30,922 nt of DNA from a virus (Duplodnaviria > Caudoviricetes): positions 1 through 30,922 of the IMG/VR virus record IMGVR_UViG_3300046495_000047; one strand, written 5' to 3'. A program made the position numbers and the translations under genes. How positions within the stretch are numbered: position 1 is the stretch's first letter; the number at the start of each line of letters is the position of its first letter. A model generated the notes under the pieces. That model saw only the letters and a list, made by a program, of their open reading frames with translations, searched no databases and was not told the DNA's origin. Shown here one piece after another: positions 1-7,959 of the stretch.

Positions 1-156
1 GCCACGTACGCCGCCACGTACGACGCCACGTACGACGCCACGAGCGCCGCCACGCGCGCCGCCACGAGCGCCGCCACGAGCGCCGCCACGAGCGCCGCCA
101 CGCGCGCCGCCACGTACGCCGCCACGCGCGCCGCCACGAGCGCCGCCACGAGCGAC
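1..156 (+). repeat. 12-bp in-frame tandem repeat, 13 units (GCCACG-NNC-GMC) encoding A-T-x-A/D
   Basis: Units read directly: gccacgtacgcc, gccacgtacgac, gccacgagcgcc, gccacgcgcgcc etc. In frame +1 with the downstream CDS. Confidence 0.97.
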
Positions 157-870
157 GTGATCCGCTTCCTGGCGATGTGCTGCCGAGAAGCCTGGTGGAT
201 GCGCGACGGCGGCAACCAGTGGTCTGGTTGGTCCTCCTACCTCTCGTTCTTCCGGCACGTGAAGCTCGACCTAGATTACTCGAAGTGGGCTCACTACGAG
301 ACCTGCGCGGAGCGCTCGGGGCCGCGCTTTATGCACGCGCGATTCACCATCGTCTCGGACCGGCCCGCAGTGCTCACGGTCGACGATCGCAACCGTCCGC
401 ACAATTCCACCGGGCCGTCTCACCTTTGGCGCGACGGCTGGGCGCTCCACTACTGGCACGGTGTGCGCGTCCCACGTCGGGTCGTCGAGTCTCCGGAGAG
501 CTACACCCGCGAAGAGATTCTGGCGATCTCAAACACTGAGCAGCGTCGCGCCCTCGCAGAGCGGCTGGGCTGGGATCGCTACCTGGAGAAGATCGGAGGC
601 TCCAAGGTCGACTCGTGGACCGATCCCAATTCCCAGCTGGGCTACGAGCTCATTGAGCTTTCGGATACAAATGAGCGCATTCTCCGCAAGCAATCGCCCG
701 AACTCAAAGACGGATCGCAGCCATGGTACGCGGAGCCCGTCCACCGTGAACTGAAGACGGCTCAGGCCGCGCGCAAGTGGCAGGCAATTACGCCGTTCCG
801 CAGCGACGCCGAGGATACCGCGCGCGAGTGCAACAAGAACCCGAAGCTAGCTTACCAGGTCGAGGCCTAG
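1..870 (+). CDS. DUF6745-like phage protein with N-terminal ATxA repeats (5'-truncated)
   Basis: Frame +1 is open from base 1. Motifs IVSDRP...RPHNSTGPS..WRDGW..HYWHGVRVP..I.N.EQRR match my recollection of the DUF6745 family. Confidence 0.75.
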   Translation, partial: ATYAATYDATYDATSAATRAATSAATSAATSAATRAATYAATRAATSAATSDVIRFLAMCCREAWWMRDGGNQWSGWSSYLSFFRHVKLDLDYSKWAHYETCAERSGPRFMHARFTIVSDRPAVLTVDDRNRPHNSTGPSHLWRDGWALHYWHGVRVPRRVVESPESYTREEILAISNTEQRRALAERLGWDRYLEKIGGSKVDSWTDPNSQLGYELIELSDTNERILRKQSPELKDGSQPWYAEPVHRELKTAQAARKWQAITPFRSDAEDTARECNKNPKLAYQVEA

Positions 871-877
871 GGCTCGG

Positions 878-1369
878 ATGCCTAGAAAACTGCCTAAACA
901 GAAGCCTGGCAGGTCGAAGCAGGACTATGGAACGCCGCCCGAGTTCATGCGGGCAATCGAGCATCGGTTCGGCAAGGTGACCTTCGACTTGGCGGCTTCT
1001 CCGCACAACGCGAAGGCCGAGCGGTACTTCGCGCTCGAGAATGGATTCGACTCGCTCAAGCAAAACTGGAAGGAGCCTGAGCTCGGTGGCGTGAGGTGGC
1101 TCAATCCTCCGTTCAGTGACATCGAGCCGTGGGCTGCGAAGTGCGCTGAGTGTCGATGGCTGCCGGTGTGGACGCTACTGCTCACTCCGGCAAGCATCGG
1201 CTCGCTCTGGTACGCGAGGCACGTGCTCCGCCGTGGACACGTCGATGGGATCTCTCGCATCACATTCGTGGGTGAGACAACGCCTTATCCGAAGGATCTG
1301 ATGCTGTCCTGCTTCGGGTTCGGCGTCTCTGGGAACGGCTTTTGGCAATGGAACAAGAAGGAGGAGTGA
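878..1369 (+). CDS. Phage DNA N6-adenine methyltransferase (Dam-like, PF05869-type)
   Basis: Motifs Y-TP, FDLAAS..NAK, DSL.Q.W, catalytic WLNPPFS and RITF. Confidence 0.9.
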   Translation: MPRKLPKQKPGRSKQDYGTPPEFMRAIEHRFGKVTFDLAASPHNAKAERYFALENGFDSLKQNWKEPELGGVRWLNPPFSDIEPWAAKCAECRWLPVWTLLLTPASIGSLWYARHVLRRGHVDGISRITFVGETTPYPKDLMLSCFGFGVSGNGFWQWNKKEE

Positions 1370-1371
1370 CA

Positions 1372-1779
1372 ATGGAAGAATCAATTTTTAGCGGGCAATG
1401 GATCGTGGCGCTATGCAGCTCGGGCAAGTACGTGGGGCGTGTCGAAGCGATCCGGGAGGCGGATCCAGGCGCGGCGGACGGGCCGAGCTACCGACTCTCT
1501 CCCTGCTACGAGGTCTACTTCACCATGATCCCGATGCAGAACCAGCAAAGCGGCCAGCTCGTGCACGTGCCTCACATGCAGGTGATGCCGGTGTTGATGA
1601 GTACTGGCGACACACCAATGAGCGTGATCCCCAGCGCCGTCGTGAGCTTCGACGAGATGACCAGCTTCGATCTCGATAACTGGAGGCGGATGATTCTTGG
1701 CGCCCGCGAGATCCAGACCAAGGAACGGGCGGAGCGCAGCGGCATCGAGCTCGCGACGAGCCTGCCGAATAGGCATTGA
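1372..1779 (+). CDS. Hypothetical protein (possible Sm-like beta-barrel)
   Basis: ATG at 1372 preceded by GGAGGAG. Beta-rich sequence with a C-terminal SGIELA tail. Confidence 0.7.
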   Translation: MEESIFSGQWIVALCSSGKYVGRVEAIREADPGAADGPSYRLSPCYEVYFTMIPMQNQQSGQLVHVPHMQVMPVLMSTGDTPMSVIPSAVVSFDEMTSFDLDNWRRMILGAREIQTKERAERSGIELATSLPNRH

Positions 1780-1792
1780 GCACAAACGCAGA

Positions 1793-1827
1793 AAACCCCC
1801 ACCAGCCTTTCGGGCCAGTGGGGGTTT
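1793..1827. terminator. Bidirectional intrinsic terminator between convergent operons
   Basis: aaacccccac...gtgggggttt inverted repeat with A/T tracts on both sides, between the + stop at 1779 and the - stop at 1848. Confidence 0.75.
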
Positions 1828-1847
1828 AAAACGTTTAGCGCTCGATC

Positions 1848-2144
1848 TTAGTGGAACAGGCCGCGCAGCTGCCTCAGCGCCTCAGAGGCGCCAACGATGG
1901 CGCCCACGGTGGCGACGATGATGCCGACCACCTTGCCAGCCTTCCGAGCTCCGGGGGGCTTGCTGGAAGGGCGCGACGGGACCTCGACGTGGACGTGGAC
2001 CTCGGTCTGAGTGATCTCGTCCTCAGATTCTTCTAGGTCAATCGAGTCCCTGAAGCGTTTCAGCGCTTCGCGCGTTTCAGCCTTCGGATCACGGGGAGGC
2101 GGCACAAGCCTTAGTATCGATTTCGAGTCGCGTGAGTCGCCCAT
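1848..2144 (-). CDS. Small protein with C-terminal transmembrane helix (lysis cassette)
   Basis: AGGA RBS before ATG. Hydrophobic segment VVGIIVATVGAIVGA. Confidence 0.65.
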   Translation of the reverse strand: MGDSRDSKSILRLVPPPRDPKAETREALKRFRDSIDLEESEDEITQTEVHVHVEVPSRPSSKPPGARKAGKVVGIIVATVGAIVGASEALRQLRGLFH

Positions 2145-2376
2145 CGTGTTCCTGAATCGCTCTCTGGTGACGGTGGATCACCTCGCCATCGCGCGAGGCC
2201 TGTTCAATCTGGCGTGAGCGCAGCGTGTCGAGGTCAGCTCGGAGATCGATAGCGATCCCCTTGAGCGAGTTTACCATGCCGTCCAGGCTCGACACGGCAT
2301 CGAGCTTCGTCTCGATTGAGTCGAGCCGGTCGAGAATCTTTTCCAGCACGGCGGCGAGCCGTTCCTTCGAGCTCAC
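2089..2376 (-). CDS. Coiled-coil hypothetical protein (lysis cassette)
   Basis: GTGA overlap with the upstream stop. Heptad pattern ILDRLDSIETKLD...HDGRLTRLE. Confidence 0.7.
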   Translation of the reverse strand: MSSKERLAAVLEKILDRLDSIETKLDAVSSLDGMVNSLKGIAIDLRADLDTLRSRQIEQASRDGEVIHRHQRAIQEHDGRLTRLEIDTKACAASP

Positions 2377-3038
2377 GGCTTGCTCTCCGGAGCGAGCTCA
2401 CTCAGGTCGGTGTCCCTGGGCGAGTCCAGCACGCTCAGGTCGGGCGCCACGAGCTCGCCCCGGCTGTCGGCGTAGCCGAGCGCTGCCATCAGTTGGATCC
2501 ACTTCTGCAGCGCCCTCCCGCCACAGAACAGGGCCTGGCGGGGCTTGCCGCTGGCGAAGTCCGTGCCCTGGTGGAGCTGGTGAGTGTGCAGCGCAATGGG
2601 GCACGGAGCGCCCTGGCCGGCCTCGCAGACCAGGAGCACCTTGGTGGCCGGGTCGTACTCGATGACCGGCATGACGTGGGAGTCGCTGGTAGTCTTCGAC
2701 TCCCAGATGATCACGATGTCCCCGCACTTGGGCAGGCAATCGAGAGCGGCATCTCGGACGACCCCCTGCCAGTAGGCCAGCTCGGAGACGTTCACGACCG
2801 GCTTCCACCCGTGGTTCTCATCGCGGTTCACGTGGGTGGAGCGAACTCCGAGCCGATAGAGCAGCCAGTGCGCGGCGTCCGCGCACCCGCTGTACCCATG
2901 GATCTTGGGGTCCCGCCCCTCGACCACGGACTGGTACACCGGGTCCTGAAGCTTGCGCCCGACCGGGCCAGCGCCCGCGTGCTCGAGCAGGCGCCTGGCT
3001 GCGTCACGGTACTCGGCCTCCGACAGGGGGAGCGTCAC
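2373..3038 (-). CDS. Putative endolysin, NlpC/P60-CHAP-like Cys/His peptidoglycan hydrolase
   Basis: GTG start at 3038 overlaps the upstream TGA. Motifs YSGCADAAHW (Cys), P..GDIVII, SHV (His) and EAGQ. Located downstream of a holin-like gene. Confidence 0.65.
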   Translation of the reverse strand: MTLPLSEAEYRDAARRLLEHAGAGPVGRKLQDPVYQSVVEGRDPKIHGYSGCADAAHWLLYRLGVRSTHVNRDENHGWKPVVNVSELAYWQGVVRDAALDCLPKCGDIVIIWESKTTSDSHVMPVIEYDPATKVLLVCEAGQGAPCPIALHTHQLHQGTDFASGKPRQALFCGGRALQKWIQLMAALGYADSRGELVAPDLSVLDSPRDTDLSELAPESKP

Positions 3039-3739
3039 GGGTTCACCGCGAGGCGCCGGCTGCTGCGTGCCCAGGGGTGAGCGGCGCCGGGCTTCTTGGC
3101 TGCCATGGAGCGCGCGCCGAACGCATCCTCGGTCCATGTCGCGCCGGTCTTGTCCCGGAGAATCACGTAGCCGTTGGCGCCAACTTCGCCAGCTTCGTGC
3201 AGCTCGCTCATCCAGTCGAAGAAGCCCCCGTCTGGATGGTGCTCGAACCAGGCAGGCAGGACGAAGTTGGAGACCCGCCATCGCTGGCCAGCAGCCTCGA
3301 CGAAGTAGAACCCCTGCACCGGGTCCGACACCTCGAGCGCCACTTCGATGCCGGGCCGCGTGGGGTGCGTGTGCCAGGCGTCGCAGAGCGGGTCGCACAG
3401 CGCCTCGAGCACTTCGTGGCTCGCGCCCTCCGAGGCTGACCAGTCCCCGGTGTTCACGCCGCTGGCGTTGTTCATGTAGACGCGTGCGGCGGGCTGGAAG
3501 CGGTCCGAGACGAAGTGCACCGCGAGCGCGCCCGGATCGCTGTTGTCGTCCACGAAGACTACCGGGCAGCAGCCGTCAGGCAGGCTGGTGGCGTCCGCGC
3601 ACACGTCGACCGCCGGCGGGGCGAGCTGCCAAGCATCGGCGCAGTTCTTCGCGCCGACCTCGATCGCACGAGCCATCCCGTACAGGTCCGCCGTTCGCAC
3701 GAGCGGAGTGGCTGAGATCAGCACGAAGAGCAAGCTCAT
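3035..3739 (-). CDS. HExxE-motif protein (Phi-1/EXORDIUM-like or metallopeptidase-like)
   Basis: Motifs GALAVH, SHEVLEALCDP, EVSDPV and VSNFVLPAWF. ATGA coupling to the upstream gene. Confidence 0.6.
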   Translation of the reverse strand: MSLLFVLISATPLVRTADLYGMARAIEVGAKNCADAWQLAPPAVDVCADATSLPDGCCPVVFVDDNSDPGALAVHFVSDRFQPAARVYMNNASGVNTGDWSASEGASHEVLEALCDPLCDAWHTHPTRPGIEVALEVSDPVQGFYFVEAAGQRWRVSNFVLPAWFEHHPDGGFFDWMSELHEAGEVGANGYVILRDKTGATWTEDAFGARSMAAKKPGAAHPWARSSRRLAVNP

Positions 3740-4452
3740 GGGGCTACCTGCGTGGGCACGGAGGCCAGGAAGGCGCGACCTCGAGCTAGTGCGTCAGTGC
3801 GGATGGCATTCCTGGCGGCGGACGGAGCGCTCCAATCGCTGACAAGACGGTTGACCATGCACACCACGGCATCGCCGCCGTAGCGTACCGCCAGGTCTTC
3901 GAGCGCCTTCTGGTAGTCTCCACCGCTCAGCAACGCTTGGGTGACCTCGCCGACCAGGTCACCAGGGTTCGGCGCGCAGTGCGCGATGGTCGGCCAGAGC
4001 CCGCCGCCGTCGGAGCCGCCTGTACCCGTCTTGGGCGTGATCAGACCGCACGAGCTCGGCACGAGTAGGATGGCCAGCAATCCGAGGAAGCCAATGACGG
4101 GCAGCGTGGGCGCACCAGGCTTCGGCGATAGCCCTCCGGAGCTGCCGTTCCAGCGCACGGGGGATTCCGTCAAGAACGCGTTGATGCCCATGGCGGGGAT
4201 TGAGATGCCGACCGCGCCGCCAATCGCTCCCAGCAGGGCGGCAACCAGGGGCAGATTCGCAGCGTAGGCCTGTGTGAAGCCGGTTGCGGCGCCACTCACG
4301 ACAGGCACAAGCCAGCGCCAGCCGTCGGGAATTTTACGCCACAGGTCCTGGAGCTTCGGGGTCGTGCGGATGAGCTGCACGAGCAGGGTCAGGGCGATTG
4401 CCGCGAAGGCGTACCAGTTGTGCAGGTGTAGGGCTTGGATGAGTTGGTCCAT
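3736..4452 (-). CDS. Holin-like multi-TM protein with C-terminal lipoprotein-like domain
   Basis: ATG 4452 with AAAGGAAG RBS. Three hydrophobic helices, a linker, a fourth helix ending in PSSC, then a helical soluble domain. Confidence 0.6.
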   Translation of the reverse strand: MDQLIQALHLHNWYAFAAIALTLLVQLIRTTPKLQDLWRKIPDGWRWLVPVVSGAATGFTQAYAANLPLVAALLGAIGGAVGISIPAMGINAFLTESPVRWNGSSGGLSPKPGAPTLPVIGFLGLLAILLVPSSCGLITPKTGTGGSDGGGLWPTIAHCAPNPGDLVGEVTQALLSGGDYQKALEDLAVRYGGDAVVCMVNRLVSDWSAPSAARNAIRTDALARGRAFLASVPTQVAP

Positions 4453-4466
4453 GTTCTTCCTTTGTT

Positions 4467-4552
4467 TCGAGGCCTTCGAGGCGAGCACGCGACAACGCGC
4501 TGCGGGGAGGAAGCACCCTGGCGTCGGCGCGTGCCCGCCTCGAAGGCCTTGA
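4467..4552 (-). promoter_or_regulatory. Long intergenic hairpin (32-bp arms, 22-nt loop) upstream of the holin RBS
   Basis: 4467-4498 is the reverse complement of 4521-4552 at 28/32 positions. Two of the mismatches are G-U pairs on the minus-strand RNA. Confidence 0.8.
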
Positions 4553-4553
4553 G

Positions 4554-5066
4554 CTATTTGCAGTCAGCGAGATCGGTAGAGCCTGGCGCTGCAACGCTGG
4601 TCAGCTCTGCCGGATTGGAGGTGACCGAGACCTCCTGAGTCACGAACACGCCACCCGCCGCCGAGTAGACGACCACGATGGCTCCAGACGCGTGCGAGGC
4701 GTCCTGGTTGGCGTTGCTGCTCGCCGCGCCTGGCGTCATGGCGGCATCGGATGCCGCGGCAACGCCGGCCGAGCTCGCAATGGACGGGGTCCCAACGGCT
4801 GCCAGCGCAGGCGCCTCGAGCTGGGGTGAGGTCGATTGGCTGGCTTCGTAGACCCATCCTCCCACCAGCGTGAGCGCTGGCTCGTAGGGGCAGATGAATG
4901 CTGGCGGCTGCGGTACCGGAGGGGGCGGCCCCACGGTGACGTTGTTCTGGTGCGCAGCGAAGAGCAGCCAGCTGCCAAGACCCCCGGAGCCGGTCCGCGA
5001 GGTGTACAGGGTAACGTTGTTCTGGGCCGCGATGAGCAGCAGTCCAGCGCCGAGACCAGCGGGCAT
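4554..5066 (-). CDS. Hypothetical virion-associated protein
   Basis: TAATG coupling to the upstream gene. Duplicated N-terminal motif GLG..LL.AA(H)QNNVT; Ala/Ser-rich. Confidence 0.6.
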   Translation of the reverse strand: MPAGLGAGLLLIAAQNNVTLYTSRTGSGGLGSWLLFAAHQNNVTVGPPPPVPQPPAFICPYEPALTLVGGWVYEASQSTSPQLEAPALAAVGTPSIASSAGVAAASDAAMTPGAASSNANQDASHASGAIVVVYSAAGGVFVTQEVSVTSNPAELTSVAAPGSTDLADCK

Positions 5067-6799
5067 TACAGATTCTTCGCGTACAGCACCGTGTAATTGC
5101 AGGCCGTCGCCAAGCTCTGCGTGGCGGTCCAGTTGGCTGCGGCCGCTGCCTGCGGGATCGGTACCGGGAACATCAGCGTCAACGGAGCGCCGGGAGCGAC
5201 TGCGGCATTGGGATAGTTCAGCACCATCCTGGTTGTTCCGGCGGTCGCGTCCTTGATCGTGATGGTCTGCGCAGCTGCGCCGGCCGTGGTGATCACGATG
5301 CCGATGATGTCGTTGAAAACGCCCGCGGCGCCCGCGGTGACGATGGTCGTCTCGGTAGTCGACGCGATGGCCGTCTGCTGCACGGCCACGAGCTCACGCA
5401 CCTGGCACGGCGTGACCACGGCACGCCCAGCCTTGTCGCCCATCTGCCCGACCATATTGCCACCGGTGGCATTGGCCGGATTGGCGGTTGCGGCGCGTAG
5501 ACCATTGAATAGCGCGTTGGCAGGCACAGCTGCAGCAGTTGCCGCATCAAAAGCGGCCCCCGCATTGCCAGTAGCCTTGACCTGGAACGCGGTGTTGTCG
5601 CTCGCGATCGTGACGCGCGGCGAGCCCGTGCCGGTGACACCGTTGCCGGCGAGCGCTGCCACGCCGTTCAGCTGCGTCTGGTTAGTCGGGAGCGTATTGT
5701 TCGGGCTGATGGCGACGACGAGCGCCGGGTCCGCTGCGGCCGCCGCCGTGCTGGCCGCCTTAACAGCTGCCGTGTTGGTGCCGTCGCTACACCGGGCGAA
5801 CAGCGCGCGCACCGCAGCGTCCGCGGTCGGCAACGCGTTAGTGCCGTCCGACACCTGCACTGGCCATCGGTTCGCGAGCGACGCAGGCGTGCCCTGATTG
5901 CTCGTGACCGTGCCCGAGATGGCAGGCGAGCCCGAGAGCGTGACCGGCACGTTGCCTTGGTCCGAGGCAATGACCACCGGCACCGAGTTGACAGAAGTCT
6001 TGCTGCCCACCGTCGGGGCCGTCGAGCCCAGCCAAGTGCCCACGTTGCCGTCCAGGCGCCCGCCTACGAGCGCGGCAGGCAGTTGGGTGGCAGACGTGGC
6101 GACCGTGCCCGCGATGCTCACGGCGGTGGTTCCGCTGAGCGCCGGCAGCGCGGCGGCCGAGATTGCCACGGTGCCGGCGATGGAGACCGGCACCGTGCCG
6201 CCAACCGTCACCGGGATGGAGGATTGGTCACTGGCGAGCACGACTGCGGCAGAGGCCGCCATGGCCTTCTGTCCGAGCGTGGCAGGCAGCTGAGCCGACG
6301 AGACCGGGACCGTACCAGAGACCGCCACGGTGCCCGAGACAGGCACCGCGCCTTGGTCCGAGGCGATGACCACGGGCAGGCTGTTGGCGCTCGTCTTGCT
6401 GCCAACGGTCGGCGCCGTGGAGCCGAGCCACGCCCCAATGTTGGCATCAAGCCGACCACCAACGAGCACCGCGGGGAATTGCGCGGCCGTGACGGGCACG
6501 GTGCCCGCGACTGACACTGGGATCGCGCTCTGGTTGGAGGCAATCGCCACCGAGAGCGAGGCCGCCATCGTGAGCTGTCCGAGCCCGCTCGGGAGCTGCC
6601 CTCCGACGAGCGGGGTGATGAAGCCCGTGCCGTCGCACTGGCGCATAGGCATCGGATTGGCCGGCGATACCAGGATGCCAGGCGCGCCGTCGGTGAGCGT
6701 CATCAGCGCTGATACCGGGTACTTGAACCCGTCGCCTCCGTCGACATCGAAGACCTTGTCGCCTCCGACTCCTGGATTGATGACTGTGCCGTTGCTCAT
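5066..6799 (-). CDS. Fibre/spike-like structural protein with VIASDQ repeats
   Basis: 577 aa, Ala/Thr/Gly/Val-rich. Repeated (L/V)G.K...S.PVVIASDQ..PV units and a beta-rich C-terminal domain. Confidence 0.7.
   Translation of the reverse strand: MSNGTVINPGVGGDKVFDVDGGDGFKYPVSALMTLTDGAPGILVSPANPMPMRQCDGTGFITPLVGGQLPSGLGQLTMAASLSVAIASNQSAIPVSVAGTVPVTAAQFPAVLVGGRLDANIGAWLGSTAPTVGSKTSANSLPVVIASDQGAVPVSGTVAVSGTVPVSSAQLPATLGQKAMAASAAVVLASDQSSIPVTVGGTVPVSIAGTVAISAAALPALSGTTAVSIAGTVATSATQLPAALVGGRLDGNVGTWLGSTAPTVGSKTSVNSVPVVIASDQGNVPVTLSGSPAISGTVTSNQGTPASLANRWPVQVSDGTNALPTADAAVRALFARCSDGTNTAAVKAASTAAAAADPALVVAISPNNTLPTNQTQLNGVAALAGNGVTGTGSPRVTIASDNTAFQVKATGNAGAAFDAATAAAVPANALFNGLRAATANPANATGGNMVGQMGDKAGRAVVTPCQVRELVAVQQTAIASTTETTIVTAGAAGVFNDIIGIVITTAGAAAQTITIKDATAGTTRMVLNYPNAAVAPGAPLTLMFPVPIPQAAAAANWTATQSLATACNYTVLYAKNL
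5955..6481 (-). repeat. Internal duplication (5955-6085 vs 6351-6481, offset 396 bp)
   Basis: Both copies encode Q.PA.LVGGRLD.N.G.WLGSTAPTVGSKTS.NS.PVVIASDQG, with mostly synonymous differences. Confidence 0.9.
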
Positions 6800-7959
6800 A
6801 CCGAGACCTGCAGCGTGTTGCCGGCTCCACCGAGCCCGCCAGCAGTGCCAGACCCGGCATTCCCGGACGTGCCTCCGCCGCTCCCGACCTGATAGTTGTG
6901 GGTCTGAGCTCCCAGGTTGAAGACCTGGATCGTCCCACCCCAGCCGCCTCCCGCGCCGTTGCCTCCGACGCCAGCGCCTACGCCGTTGCCGCCGTTCCCG
7001 CCGTTGCCGCCTGAGGCATCCAGGATTGCAGCTGCTGCCGTTCCGCTGCGGTCTCCGAAGGCGAAATAGATCCAGCCGCCTCCGCCGCCTGCACCGCCGC
7101 CTCCGCCGCCTGCACCCGTGGTAGCCGGGGTCCCGCCGTTCCCGCCAGGACCGCCCTTCGCCGAGATTGCTCCGGCTGAAGCGAAGGCCAGCACCAAGTG
7201 CCGAGCTGAGATCCAGACGGTTCCGCCGCCGGCTGCACCGCCACCGCCGCCGCCACCGGTCGCCGCTCCGGTACCTCCGCCACTGCCGCCACCAGATCCG
7301 CCGCTGCCTCCACGGTTTTGGTTCGTGATGCGAAGCCCGATATCAGGCGTCCACCGTTTGAATGGAGCATAGGCAACCGATGCGGCAGCTACTCCGCCGG
7401 CGGCGCCTGCCCCGCCGGTCCCGGTACCGCCCGAGCCAGCTGCCAGCGTCGACCCGCCGGCGTTTCCGCCCACGGCATTGCCACCGGCAGTCCCTGCCCC
7501 GGTATTCCCGTTTGCCCCAGTGGCTCCGTTCTGCGCGCTCGGCAGTGTCCCGCCAGCGGTAGCGACGCCAGCGCCGCCCGCAGTCGACGCTGCAGCCGTA
7601 TTACCGAAGGTTCCGGAGCCCGTGATCAGGTCGGCTCCAGCGCCGATGGACAGCGTTCCCGCGACGAAGATTCGGTAATTGGCCGTGATGAGCTGACCGC
7701 CAAGAACCGTGAGGTCCTGGTAGTACATGTCCCGGGTCAACGTCACGGTGCCGGAAGACAGCACGACATTCCCATCCGAGCCGTCCCCGTAGTAGACGAG
7801 GTTCTGGCTCTGGATCGAAACGTCGATCTGGTTGGTACCAGAGTTGTACGCGACGGCCGACGCGCCAATCAGATTGATCGCGTCGACACGCGGGGTCACC
7901 TTCACGCTGTTGACGAAGATATCCTTGATGCCCAGCAGGTAGTCGGTCCACTTGCTCAT
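6796..7959 (-). CDS. Glycine-rich tail fibre-like protein
   Basis: YGDGSDG..TLTRDMYY.DLTV..YRIFV.GTL followed by long poly-Gly segments (GGGGGG.V.I, GGGGGWIY). Confidence 0.75.
   Translation of the reverse strand: MSKWTDYLLGIKDIFVNSVKVTPRVDAINLIGASAVAYNSGTNQIDVSIQSQNLVYYGDGSDGNVVLSSGTVTLTRDMYYQDLTVLGGQLITANYRIFVAGTLSIGAGADLITGSGTFGNTAAASTAGGAGVATAGGTLPSAQNGATGANGNTGAGTAGGNAVGGNAGGSTLAAGSGGTGTGGAGAAGGVAAASVAYAPFKRWTPDIGLRITNQNRGGSGGSGGGSGGGTGAATGGGGGGGAAGGGTVWISARHLVLAFASAGAISAKGGPGGNGGTPATTGAGGGGGGAGGGGGWIYFAFGDRSGTAAAAILDASGGNGGNGGNGVGAGVGGNGAGGGWGGTIQVFNLGAQTHNYQVGSGGGTSGNAGSGTAGGLGGAGNTLQVSV

Noticed and set aside
1-156. CRISPR-like or non-coding repeat array
   Set aside because: The units are contiguous 12-mers without spacers and lie in frame in a CDS.
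2089-2144. Programmed frameshift fusing the last two lysis-cassette ORFs
   Set aside because: No slippery heptamer is present in the overlap, and the second ORF has its own AGGA RBS.
3039-3398. N-terminal extension of the endolysin ORF as given in the track (2373..3398)
   Set aside because: It overlaps the upstream gene off-frame. The coupled GTG at 3038 is the more plausible start.
5955-6481. DGR template/variable repeat pair
   Set aside because: Differences are mostly synonymous rather than adenine-specific, both copies are mid-gene, and no reverse transcriptase is in the window.
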